The position numbers and the translations under genes were made by a program. Below, piece after piece: positions 1-12,559 of a stretch of DNA of 64,000 bases. The stretch is from the human T2T-CHM13v2.0 reference genome, Homo sapiens. The first letter of the stretch is position 1. Each line of letters starts with the position of its first letter. Below the pieces are notes generated by a model. It made no database searches and was not told the DNA's origin. It was given only the letters and a program-made list of their open reading frames with translations. The stretch lies in NCBI RefSeq assembly GCF_009914755.1, contig NC_060930.1; one strand, given 5' to 3'.

Positions 1-1249
1 AAGACCTGGGTTTGAGTCTTGACAATGTCCTTTGTAAGTAGCTTAAGGTAGCTCCTCAGTTCCCTGTGAGACACTGCACACAACATCCTTTAAACTGCCT
101 TAAGAAAAACAGCCCTACAAATGAAGACTCCATTGCCACTCCCTTTGAAGCAGCTGCTCTCAGAGTCCTCTGCACTGCCTCATCTGAATTGAACTATCTC
201 CCCACCTTCTCGCAGAATCAAAAACTAGAGGCTGCAGGCTGAAGAGGGCACCATTATTTTGTTTAACTCACAGAGTATTTAAAACTTTTTTTTAAGTTGT
301 TGGGTAAATTCTAACAGGTTTTCTTCAGGGTCCAGATTTTTACCTTCTCTTGAAAAATTAGAAGCTCCTGCAACATCAGTCCCACAGCTCTGCACATCAT
401 TGACTGGCATCAATTGGTTGAGCCAAGAGGTAGCCATGCTCTCTCCCCAGTGTGCCACTATCCCTACCTGAGGCTGGGAATCAGGTGTCACTTACCTTGA
501 CATCTGTTCCCTTATTTTTCCAACAATGGGAATACATTTTTCTGCATTCATGTCGCTAACAGAACTAGGAAAAGCAAGCCTGGACCACAAGGATAGTGCA
601 GTGAGAGATAATGTGAGTATAATTCTTGATGCAAGTGAAGAATAATCATGAGTTCAATATGGTTAAGTGCATGTGTTTCAAAACAACACAACCCAAACAA
701 GATTCAGCAAAAATACTATCCCCCAGCTCTATTTTGTTATGTTGCCTCTATGACCCCTGTAAGATTTTGAATTTCAGATGCTTGCTTCAGTTAAATAAAG
801 AGTTTTCTAGATGAAGGCATGCAGTAGGTCTCTAACACTGAGCCACTGCCTTGTCCCTCTCAATTAACCTTTGTCTTTAAGTCCCTGTCTAATGCCTACT
901 AGTAGCTAGGTCCCTGAGATTGTAAAGACCCCAAGGCCCCAGGACCCTGAAGAGCCCAGGAAGTATCAGACCAATGAACCAGACCTGAGGTCTCCTGTAC
1001 TCTTCAGCTTCTGAACTATAGGAGAATCCCAAGGAAAACAGGGCAACAACAACTTATAATAAATAGTAATACTGCCAGAATCCTATTTGTATTTACCAGT
1101 TTGCAAAGCACTCTCATTCATTCAACAGTCATATGGCAAATATAAGTTGAGGCTCTATTACAGATCTAGGCCCTGTGGGCGTGATGTTATACTTGGTAGT
1201 CAAGATCCCTGACCTTAGGAAGCTTCCAGTCTGGCCAGGAAACATCAGA

Positions 1250-1445
1250 GAACTAACATTTCTATAGCACTTTACCATGAACCAGTCACTCTTCTAGGTG
1301 CTTTACACTGAGTAACTCATTTACCCTTCATAGCAATTCTAGGAGATAAGTACTGCTGTTTTCCCCATTTCACAGATGAAGAAACTGAGGCTACAGAAGT
1401 TAAGTAACTTCCTCAAGCTCAGTGGTGGAGCCAGCCATCTGACCC
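1250..1445 (-). mobile_element. MIR
   Basis: Core ccccatttcacagatgaagaaactgaggct..agaagttaagtaactt. Further MIR cores near 19.0-19.15, 21.0-21.1, 27.6-28.0, 42.3-42.5, 46.0-46.2, 47.1-47.3, 49.5-49.65, 52.3-52.6 and 54.15-54.3 kb. Confidence 0.8.
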
Positions 1446-2264
1446 ACAGAAGCAAGTTGCTGGAGGCAGGCTTTTGGGACCACAGACTGGGAAGATGATA
1501 TCTTCACCAGTGAAGATTTCCAAGGCCAACATCACATGGCCAAATTGCATCACCCCATGGCCCTGGGCTCTTCTCCCTGTTCACACTAAAACTCAGAAAC
1601 ATTTATTCATGGGGGGAGTAGTCAGCACACTGGTTGCTCAGGTCTGAGAATGCCAGGGCTGAGCTAGCAGGGTTTGCAGGTCCCAAGGCAATTTGCATCT
1701 CCTGTTGGAAGTCTTCCTCATCAAAGCAACGGAAATCAATGCAGTAAATAGTTATAATGAACTGACCTGCTCACACTCCCTGTCTCTTCCTGAGGAAGAG
1801 GAATCATGAGAGACACATTGTTTCCAAATCCTTCACCTCTTTCCCCCTCGCCTGATCCTCCCACAGGGAATCCTCTTTGCTCCTGTCAACAGTGTTTGAG
1901 ATGTTTCAGAGTTTTTATTGGATCTTCATTGTAGCTCTGTCTGTGAGGATTCAGTGAAGCTAAGATTTAAGGGCCAGAGAGAGTTGAAACTTCTACCAAG
2001 CATCAGCCATGGCTGCCCTGCTTTCCAGAGTACTGTCCACGGACCTCTGGGCCTCAGGGACTAGAGAATGTCAGGGGACCATCTCATTTCATACATGTAA
2101 AAACTGAGGCACGGAGAGGGCAGGACCACCCAGCACAGGATCAGCACACCTCTCCAACATCAGTACACCCCACCTTTTCAGGCAGATACAGGAATCTCCT
2201 CCGCAGCAAAGTGTTGATAGGTGGGAAGCAGTGCTGTGATGCCCTTAGCTTTGGCATCCAAATG

Positions 2265-2515
2265 CTTGAGTTTTAATGCCTGACCCACCATTTCCTTGCT
2301 GTACAAGACCTTGAGAAAGCTAATTAACCTCTCAGTAACTGTTTTCTCATATATAAAACAGGGATGAAAATAAAAGTATGTGCTCCATTGAGTTGTTGGA
2401 AGCTTTAATAAACACAGGAAAAAAATTAGAATTGTGTCTACCATGTAGTAAGTATTCAATAAATGTCAGTGACTATGCCCATGATGAATATGGTGAATAT
2501 GATTATGATGATCAT
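2265..2515 (+). mobile_element. MIR with a degenerate (ATG)n-like tail
   Basis: gaccttgagaaagctaattaacctctc...catgtagtaagtattcaataaatg followed by atgatgaatatggtgaatatgattatgatg. Confidence 0.75.
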
Positions 2516-3189
2516 GGGCATTATCCCTGGTGCTAAGAGTCACTTCTACAGGAGTTTAGCTTGCCCTGACCTAGAACATTGAGGCAGGGCATGAACTCAA
2601 TGTTGCACTGAGAACCAGTCTAACACAGGAATGTTTTCTCTGTTTCACAGGTGTCAGTCATGTTCTCTGGATAAATGATAAGATTGAAAGTCCTTGAAGG
2701 CAGGAGACAGCCCCAGATATCGTTTTGTTGTCTGACACAATACCAAGCACAAATGATGTGCCTAAATCCTGGGTCTTTAACCCAAGGCCATCTACATATG
2801 CCCTGGGCCTGCCAGCTCATGAAAACCAGCCTCTGTGGCAGTTGGGGTGCTAAGGAATTGCTCCAGTTGAGCTTCACTGGTTTTTACTCTTGGCTGTCAT
2901 GCTTGGATCTCTTGATTATGTTCCATCAGTTCACCCCCTGCCTCTGGGCTGAAAGATTTGGTGTTCTTTCTAAGTTTTCTTGCATGATTTGTGGCTTAGA
3001 ACGTCTTTCCCGTACATCTCTAGCCCTTTCCATCTCAAATGTTGACTCAGATTATTGGCTCAGGGCAAAGCCACTGGCTCCAGCTCTTAACCCTGTAGAA
3101 TCTCACCTATCCCTGGCACCCAACATAGACATCCACCCCTTCAACTCCACCAAGCTAGGGAGTAGAGAGTAGTTGTCTTTTCCATCCAT

Positions 3190-3632
3190 TCTCTCCCTTC
3201 CCCTCCTTGTCTAATTTCTAAGAGTTAAGAGTGGGCACTTTTCCAACATTTCCGTGGTTACGGGTAACTATGTCACTCAATCCTGGCCACATGAGGTGGG
3301 ACACTAGCCCACTGGAAGAGTTTTCTTCTTAATAGAAGAGAGAAATCTGTAAGAATAATCCCCCACTGTTCCTACCTTGGGTGCTATTATGTGAGGCCTT
3401 GATGCTTGAACCTGTGGCAATGATCTTGCAACATGAGGAAAGGGTCACAAGAATTGCAGAGATACTGACTGGAGCCCTGAGCTGTTAAATAAACCAACTC
3501 CAAACCAATGGGAATGGGGTATGGAACCACCAGTCTCTAGATTTTCTGTGACAAGGAACAATTAAGCTTCCATATTTCTTAAGCCTATTTTAGTCAAGAG
3601 CTCAGTTAGTTGCAGGCAGAAGCATTCCAAAG
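3190..3632 (+). mobile_element. ERVL-type solo LTR (LTR33-like)
   Basis: gatgcttgaacctgtggcaatgatcttgcaacatgagg...ttaagcc...gttagttgcaggcagaagcattcc; related copy at 23740-24175. Confidence 0.6.
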
Positions 3633-3781
3633 TTTTATCAAGTAAGCATCAATTTGCCTATCACAAACTTTATCAAGGTGTTGGTAGATTCTACCTTGTA
3701 GACATAATGTGATCTACTAGGAATCTATGTAGAAAATTCAAGAATCCAAGAATTTGGGAGAAAACTTAAAAGTCGTCCATA

Positions 3782-4249
3782 TCTGACATATAGATCAATG
3801 GAATAAAATGGAGGGTCCAGAAACAAACTCTCATATTTATGGTCAACTGATTCTCAACAAGGGTGCTAAGAAAATTCAATGGGGGAAATAATAGGCTTTT
3901 TGCCAAATAGTGCTAGATAACAGAATATATCCACATGCAAAATATGAATTCAGAACCCTATCACACACCATATAAAAAAATAGCTCAAATGGATCAAATA
4001 TCTAAATGTAAGCACTAAGACTACTAAACTTTAAAAGAGAATGCATGTATAAATCCATGACCTTGGATTAGGCAATGGTTTCTTAGATATGACACCAAAA
4101 GCAATCAAAGAAAAAGACATATAAATTGGACATTAACAAAATTTAAAAATGTTGTGCTTCAAAGAACATCATCAAGAAAATTTAAAAAACCTTGAATACT
4201 GTATATATTTTCTCCAAAAAAGTTACACAAATAGCCAATAAGCTCACAA
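3782..4249 (+). mobile_element. Old L1M (L1MB-like) ORF2 3' fragment
   Basis: gacatatagatcaatggaataaaat...ggtcaactgatt...tttctccaaaaaagttacacaaatagccaataagc matches L1 ORF2 C-terminal consensus. Confidence 0.85.
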
Positions 4250-4384
4250 TGTGCTTCTCTGCTGAGCCCAGAGAGAGCAAGATACTACTACTCAACTAGC
4301 CCTTTAGACAGCCACCACAAACACATACGAACGGGCACATGGGATGAAATGTGTTTACCATTCCCAATCTAGGACAACGGTACC

Positions 4385-4443
4385 CAAAGGAAATGTTGGT
4401 GACTATGCCCATGATGAATGCTTATAAACCAACATTTCCTTTG
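4385..4443. repeat. Perfect 16-bp inverted repeat with a 27-nt loop
   Basis: caaaggaaatgttggt (4385-4400) / accaacatttcctttg (4428-4443). Confidence 0.95.
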
Positions 4444-4619
4444 TTTTGTAAAACATTTGAAGCCATGTCCATGGACACAGAGGAAACCATGACGGCACCA
4501 GAATGTCTATTTCTGTCCTTGAGATGATGCTAAGACTAGGATATCCCTGTGTCTAGGAACTCACTACTATTGTACTGGTGTAGCTCAGTCCATCTTTGAG
4601 GAACAAAAAGAAGTTCTAT

Positions 4620-5778
4620 TTTTTTATTTCAACTTTTATTTCAGATTCAGAGGGTACATGTGCAGGTTTGTTGCAAGGGTATATTGCATGATGCTGAGGT
4701 TTGGGGTACAATTGAACTCATCATCCAGGTAGTGAGTATAGTACCCAATAGGTAGTTTTTCAACCCTTGCCCCTCTCCTTCCATCCCTCTCTTGTAGTCC
4801 CCAGCATCTAGTGTTCCCATCTTTATGCCATGTATACTCAATGTTTAGCTCCCGCTTATAAGTGAGAACACGCAGTATTTGGTTTTCTGATTCTGTATTA
4901 ATTCTCTTAGGATTATGGCATCCAGCTGCATCCATGTTGCTGCAAAGGACATAATCTCATTATTTTTTATGGCTGTATAGTATTCCATGGTACATATGTA
5001 CCACATATTATTTATCCAATCCACTGCTGATGAGCACCTAAGTTGATTCCATGCCTTTCCTATTGTGAATAGTGCTGTGATGAACATACGAGTACAAGTG
5101 TCCTTTTGGTAGAATATTTATTTTCCTTTGGGTATATCCCCAGTAATGATATTGCTAAGTTGAATGATAGCTCTATTTTTAGTTATTTGAGAAATCTCCT
5201 AACAGCTTTCCACAGTGCCTGAACTAATTTACACTCCCACCAACAGTGCAAAAGCATTGCCTATTCTCCGCAACCTCGCCAACATCTGTTGTTTTTTTAC
5301 TTTTTAGTAATAGCCATTCTGACTGATGTGAGATGGTATTTCATAGTGGTTCTTATTTATATTTCTCTGACGATTAGTGATGTGGACCATTTTTTATATG
5401 TTTCTTGGCCACTCGTATGTCTTCTTTTGAAAAGTGTCTGTTCATGTCCTTTACCCACTGTATAATGAAGTTGTTTTTCACTTGTTGATTTGTTTAAGTT
5501 CCTTATAGACCTTTGTCAGGTGCATACCTTGCGAATATTTTTTCCCTTTCTGCAGGTTGTCTGTTTACTCTGTTGATAGTTTCTTTTGTTGTGCAGAAGC
5601 TCTTTAGTTTAATTAAGTCCTACTTGTCAATATTTGTTTTTGTTGCAATTGTTTTTGAGGACTTAGTCATAAATTCTTTGCCAAGGCCAATGTCCAAAAG
5701 GGTATTTCCTAGATTTTTTTCTAGGGTTTTTATAGGTCGAGGTCTCAGATTTAAGTCTTTCATCCATCTTGAGTTAAG
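4620..5778 (-). mobile_element. L1PA15/16-like element, 3' part (host of the nested L1)
   Basis: Poly(T), L1 3' UTR and ORF2 end (MFITALFTIGKAWNQ); resumes at ~12560. Confidence 0.9.
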
Positions 5779-5802
5779 TGATAAGTGCACACAAATTAAG
5801 GT

Positions 5803-8800
5803 TTTTTTAAGTATTTTTAACTTTTTTAAAGTATTTTTTAGGTATTTTTAACCCTTATTTTAGATTCAAGGGTACATGGGCAGGTTTGTTACATAGGTAA
5901 ATTCATATCACAGGAGTTTGTTGTATGGATTATTTTGTCACGCAGGTATTATGCCTCGTACAAAACAGTTTTTTTTTCTGCTCTTCTCCCTCTTCTCTTC
6001 TTCCACTCTCAGGTATGCCCTGATGTCTGTTGTTGCCCTCTTTGTGTCCATGTGCTCTCATCATTTAGCTCCCACTTATACGTGAGAACACGTGGTATTT
6101 GGTTTTCTGTTCCTGAGTTAGTTTGCTAAGGATACTGGCCTCCAGTTCCAACCATGTTCCTGCAAAGGGCATAGTCTCATTATTTTTTATGGCTTTGTAG
6201 TATTCCATGGAGTATTGTACCACATTTTCTTTATCCAATCTACTGTTTAGGTTAATTCCATGTCCTTGCTACTGTGAATAATGCTGTGACAAACATACAC
6301 ATGCAGGTGTCTTTATGGTAGAATAATTTACATTCTTTTGCGTATATACCCAGTAGTGGGATTGCTGGGTTGAATGGCAGTTCTGTTTTTAGCTCTTTGA
6401 GAAATTGCCACACTGCTTTCCACAATGGTTGAACTAATTTACACTCCTACCAACAGTGTGTAAGCGTCCCCTTTTCTCTGCAACCTTGCCAGCATCAGTT
6501 ATTTTTTGACGTTGTAGTAATAGCTATTGTGACTGGTGTGAAATGGTATCTCACTGTGGTTTTGATTTGCAATCCTGTAATGATCAGTGATGTTGAGCTT
6601 TTTTTATATGCTTGTTGGGCACACGTATGTCTTCTTTTGGAAAGTATCTGTTCATGTCCTTTGCCCACTTTTTAATGGGGTTGTTTGTTTTGTTCTTGTA
6701 AATTTGTTTAAGTTCCTTACAAATGCTGGATATTTTTAGGTCTTTGTCAGATGCATAGTTTGCAAATATTGTCTTCTATTCTGTAAGTTTTCTGTTTACT
6801 CTGTTAGTTTATTTTGCTGTGCAGAAGCTATTTAATTAGATCCCATTTGTCAATTTCTGCTTTTGTTGCAATTGCTTTTGGTATCTTCATCATGAAATCA
6901 TTGCCTGTGCCTATGTCCAGCATGGTATTTCCTAGGTTGTCTTCTAGGGGTTTTATAGTTCGGGATTTTACATTTAAGTCTTTGATCCATCTTGAGTTGA
7001 TTTTTGTATATGGTGTAAGGAAGGGGTCCAGTCTCAATCTTCCACATATGGCTAGCCAGTTATCCCAGCACCATTTATTGAGTAGGTTTTCCCTCTTGCT
7101 TGTTTTTGTCAGCTTTGTCAAAGGTGTGCAGCCTTACTTCTGGGCTCTCTACTCTGTTCTATTGGTCTATGTGTCTGTTTTTTACCAGTACCATACTGTT
7201 CTGGTTACTGTAATCCAGTAGTATAGTTTGAAGTCAGGTAATGTGATGCCTCCAGTTTTATTCTTTTTGCTCAGGATTGCTTTGGCTATTCAGGCTCATT
7301 TTGGTTCCATATGAATTTTTAAACAGTTTTTTCTAGTTCTGTGAAGAGTGTAATTGGTAGTTTGATAGAAATAGCATTGAATCTATAAAAATTTCTTCAG
7401 GCAGTATGGCCATTTTTACAATATTGATTCTTTCCACCCGCAAGCATGGAATGTTTTTCCACTTGTTTGTGTCATCTCTGATTTCTTTGAGCAGTGTTTT
7501 GTAATTCTCATTGTAAAGATCTTTTACTTTCCTAGTTAGCTGTATCCATTCTTTAGGTCTTTTATTCTTTTTGTGGAAATTGTGAATAGGATAGCATTCT
7601 TGATTTGGCTCAGGGCCTGGTTGTTGTTGGTGTATAGGAATACTAATTATTTTTATATGAATACATTGATTTTGCATCCTAAAACTTTGCTGGAGTTGTT
7701 TATCAGCTTAAGGAGCTTTGGACTGAGACTATGGGATTTTGTAGATACAGCATCATGTCATCTGCAAACAGAGATAGTTTTACTTCCTCTCTTCCTATCT
7801 GGGTGCTTTTTATTGCTTTATCTTTCCTGATTGCTCTGGCCAGGACTTCCAATAGTACGTTGAATAGGAGTAGTGAAAGAGGGCATACTTTTCTTTTTCT
7901 GCTTCTCATGGGAAATGCTTCCAGCTTTTGCCCATTCAGTAAATGTTGGCCGTGGGTTTGTCATAGATTGTTCTTATTATTTTGAGGTACATTCCTTCAA
8001 TACCTAGTTTGTTGAGAGTTTTTAACATGAAGGGATTTTGAGTTTTATTGAAAGCCTTTTCTGCATCTACTGAGGTGATCATGCGGTTTTTGTCTTTAGT
8101 TCTGTCTATTTGATGAATCATGTTTATTGATTTGTGTATGTTGCACCAACCTTGCATCCCAGGGATGAAGCCTACTTGATCATGGTGGATTAGCTTTTTG
8201 ATGTGCTGCTGGATTTGGTTTGATAGTATTTTGTTAAGGATTTTTGCATCAATGTTCATCAGGGATATTAGCCTCAACTTTTCTATTTTGTTATTGTTGT
8301 GTCTCTGCCAGGTTTTGGTATCAGGATGATGCTGACCTTATAGAATGAATTGGGGAGGAGTCCCTCCTCTTCAATTGTTTTGGAAGAGTTTCAGTAAGAA
8401 TGGTACCAATTCTGGTAGAATTTGGCTGTGAATCCCTCTGGTCCTGGACTTTTTTTATTGGTATGCTATTTATAACTGATTCCATTTGAGAGCTTGTTAT
8501 TGGTCTGTTCAGGGATTCAATTTATTCCTGGTTCAGTCTTGGGAGGGTGTATGTGTCCAGGAATGTATCCATCTCTTCTAGATTTTCCAGTTTGTTTGCA
8601 TAGAGGTGTTCATAGTAGTCTCTGATGGTTCTTTCTATTTCTGTGGGGTCAGTGATAATATCCCCTTTGTCATTTCTAATTGTGTTTATTTGGATCTTCT
8701 CTCTTTTCTTTATCAGTCTAGCTAGCAGTCTATCTATTTTATTATTTTTTTCAAAAAAAACTAACTCCTGGATTAATTGATCTTTTGGATGGATTTTTGT

Positions 8801-11800
8801 GTCTCAATCACTTTCAGTGCAATATGATTTTGGTTATTTCTTGTCTTCTGCTAATTTTGGGGTTGCTTTGCTCTTGCTTCTCTAGTTCTTTTCATTGTGA
8901 TGTTAGGTTGTTAATTTGAGAACTTTCTAACTTTTTGATGTGGGCATTTAACGCTATAAATTTCTCTCTTAACTCTACCTTAGCTGTGTCAAAGAGATTC
9001 TGGTGTGTTGTATCTTTGTTCTTGTTAGCTTCAAAGAACTTTTTATTTCTGCCTTAATTTCATTATTTAACCAAAAGTCACTCAGGATCAGGTTGCTTAA
9101 TTTCCATGTAATTGTATGGTTTTGAGTGATTTTCTTAGTCAAATTCTATTTTTATTGCTCTGTGATCTGAGAGAGTGGTTGGTATGATTTTGGTTCTTTT
9201 GCATTTGCTGAGGATTGTTCTATGTCCAACTGTGTGGTCAATTTTAGAGTACATGATATGTGGTTATGCGAAGAATGTATATTATGTTATTTGAGGGTAG
9301 AGAGTTCTGTAGATGTGTGTCAGGTCCATTTGGTCCACTGTTGAATTCAGGTCCTAAATATCTGTGTTAATTTTCTGCCTCAATGATCTGTCTTATACTG
9401 TCAGTAGGGTATTGAAATTTCCCACTATTATTGTATGTGAGTCTAAGTTTCTTCGTACTTGCTTTATGAATCTGTGTGCTCTTGTGTTAGGTGCTGCATA
9501 TATATTTAGAATAGTTAGGTCTTCTTGTTGAATTGAACCCTTCACCATTATATAATGCCCTTCTTTGTCTTTTTCTTTATTTTTGTTGTTTTAATGTCTG
9601 TTTTGTCTGAAATTAGGATCACAACTCCTGCTTTTTTCAGTTTTACATTTTCTTGGTAGATTTTTCTCTATCCCTTTATTTTGAGCCTATGGGTGTCATT
9701 GCATATGAAATGGATCTCTTGAAGACAAGATATTATTGGGTCTTGCTTCTTTATCCAGCTTGCCACTCTGTGTCTTTTAATTGGAACATTTAGCCCATTT
9801 GCCTTCAAGGTTAGTATTGATATGTGTGGATTTGATCCCGTCATCATGTTGTTAGGTGGTAATTATGTCAACTTGTTTGTGTGGTAGCTTTATGATGTCA
9901 CTGGTCTGTGTACTTGTGTTTTTGTAGCGGCTGGTAATAGTCTTTCCTTTCCATATTTAGTGCTTCTTTCGGGACTCCTTGTAAGGCAGGTCTGGTGGCA
10001 ATGAATTGCCTCAACTTTGCTTGTCTAAAAAGGATTTTACTTCTCTTTCGCTTGTGAAGCTTAGTTTGGCCAGATCTAAAATCCTTGGTTGGAATTTCTT
10101 TTATTTAAGAATGTTGAATATAGGCCCCCAATCTCTTCTGGCTTGTAGGGTTTCTGCTTAGAGGTCCACGTTAGTCTGATGGGCTTCCCTTTGTAAGTGA
10201 CCTGTCCTTTCTCCATAGTTGCCTTTAACATTTTTTTCTTTCATTTCAACCCTGGAGAATCTGACGGTTGTGTCTTGGGGAATTATCTTTTTGTGAAGTT
10301 TTTGCAGGGGCTCTCTGCATTTCCTAAAGTTTAATGTTGGCCTCTCTAGCTATGTTGGGGAAGTTCTCACGGATGATATCCTGAAATATGTTTTCCAAGT
10401 TGCTTCCATTCTCCCCATCCTTTTCAGGGATGCTAATGAGTCACAGATTCAGTCTCTCTACATAGTATCATATTTCTCAGAGGTTTTATTCATTCCTTTT
10501 CATTCTCTCTTCTTTATTCTTGTCTGACTGTCTCATTTCAGAAAGCCAGTCTTCAAGCTCTGAGATTTTTTTCTTAGCCTGGTCTATTCTACTGTTAATA
10601 CTTGGAATAGCATTATGAAATTCTTGTAATACATTTACAATTACCAGCCCTGTCAAGTCAGTTATGTTATTTTCTATACTGGCTATTTTTTCTGTCAGTT
10701 CCTGTATCATTTTATTGTAATTCTTAGCTTCCTTAGGTTGTGTTTCAACATTCTCCTGACTGTTGATGATCTTCATTTCTACCCATATTCTGAATTCTAG
10801 TTCTGTCATTTCAGCCATCTCAGCCCAGTTAAGAACACTTGCTGGAGAACTAATGTGGTTGTTTGGAGGAAAGAAGACACTCTGCGTTTTTGAGTTGTCA
10901 GAGTTCTTGTGCTAGTTCTTTCTCATCTGTGTGGGCTGATGTTCCTTCAGTCTTTGAAGTTGCTGACCTTTGGATTTTTTTTTTCTTTTATCCTATTTGA
11001 TGACCTTAGGGGTTTGATTGTGGCATAAGGTGGATTCAGTCAACTGGCTTCATTTCTAAAAGATTTTAGGGAGCCAAGTCTCAGCTCAGGACTCCTGGGC
11101 CACATTCTCTAACTCTGGGAGACTGGTATTGAGCCCCAGCTTTGTTCCCTGACTCCTCGAGGTTAGGAACCTGATGCACTGGGGGGGCCAAGATGCTGCT
11201 GGACCACTGGTCACAGTGCTCTGGTGGATGGTGCCAGCCAAAGCACTTCACAGGGCAGTGGTAGTGAGCTCTGTCCTCATTTGCACATGCCAGTAGCAGT
11301 GCAGTGGCAGTGCAGCAGGGTGCATGCTCAGCTGCAGCAGGGTGTTAGTGGGTACTGGGGTGCTGGCCTCTGTGCAAGTGTTCACAGCAGCAGCAGTGGC
11401 AGCACAGCTTGGGGTGGGCCCCACTGGACACTGGGCAACTGTGCATGCATTAACACCAATGGTGGTGTTAGCATGGAGACAGGGTGCTAGTGGGGGCAGG
11501 ACTGTGTGTACCCTTGTGCACGTACATGAGGGCAGCAGTGGCTACCCAGGGTGGGGACGGGTCCACTGTTTCAGCTGGGGTCAGGCATTGGCAGGCAAGG
11601 CTAGCAGGCTTCATGCCTACTAATACTCTGACAACAATGGCAGTTGGGGGGGCAGTGCACTCAAGTCAGCAGCAGTGGCATGTCAGGGTGCCTGCACACA
11701 CATATCCTTGTGGAGAAGGAAAGGCAAAGTCCACCTGCACAAGGTCCACATGTGCTGGCAAAGTGATGTGGGGAGACCCTGGGTGAGTATATACAGGCAA

Positions 11801-12552
11801 AGTGGCACAGGGGAGGCTACAGTAGGGGAAGAGCAGGGGTGGAGTTAGTGTGTGTCCACGGGTGGCTCTGCTGGAGCACTCTGCCGGTCAGGTACAGCCT
11901 GCCAGCCCTGAAGCTATGATGCAGGCCAAGGCAGTACCTGAGGGCTGCACTGCAAGCAGTTGTGGCCAGGCTGGGGCCTCAGGAGAGGCCATCAGACTAA
12001 GGGGTGCTCAGATCAGACTAGTCCTGTCTCATGGGCAAGACCACCCTGCAGTTCCAGTCTAACAGTTCCCCTAGGGCTATAGTCTCTTATGGCAGCAAGT
12101 TGAGCCTAAGAGGATGGGCATCCCTGGCCATGCTTCACTACAGATGCCCCTACACCAAACCCTCTGGGCTCCACACTACCTGGAGTTCTTCCCCATCTCT
12201 TCTCTAAGCAGCAATTCCTGCCAATTCAAGTGTCCATGGTAGTCGAGTGGTCACCTCCTGGTGGAATTCCAGAGGCCCAAGGTTAGAGCAGGTTGCTCCT
12301 TGCCTGTTGAACTCACCCCTTCATGCAGGCATCATTGAGGGGCAGGAACGAGTCCCAGTGTGCAGAAGCCCCTTGCAGGGTTCCCAGCTTCCTCCTGCTT
12401 CAGCCCAGCCTCTGTGTCTTCCTTATATTCACCCTGAATGCCTTCCCTCTGAAGACATGCTAGGAGTGCACCAGTCTTCCTGATATCCCAGTCTCTCGGT
12501 GAGAGATGTTCCTCCTGGCTGTGTCTAGTCAGCAGCCATCTTGGAGCTAGTC
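5803..12552 (-). mobile_element. Near full-length L1PA13-like LINE-1 (5' UTR, ORF1, ORF2, 3' UTR; inactivated)
   Basis: 5' end gccatcttgg at ~12540; long GC-rich 5' UTR; ORF1 ATG at ~10926; ORF2 start MTGSNPHISILTL at 9844; RT fragments ([25 protein letters not shown]); many stops and frameshifts. Confidence 0.92.
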
Positions 12553-12559
12553 CTCTGAG

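Noticed and set aside
2481-2569. C/D-box snoRNA-like pattern (ATGATGA...CTGA)
   Set aside because: No terminal stem and no recognisable rRNA antisense element; the C-box words come from an ATG-rich MIR tail.
6150-10926. L1 ORF1/ORF2 fragments as an active RT or a novel effector for the hairpins
   Set aside because: Broken by many stops and frameshifts; an ordinary dead L1.
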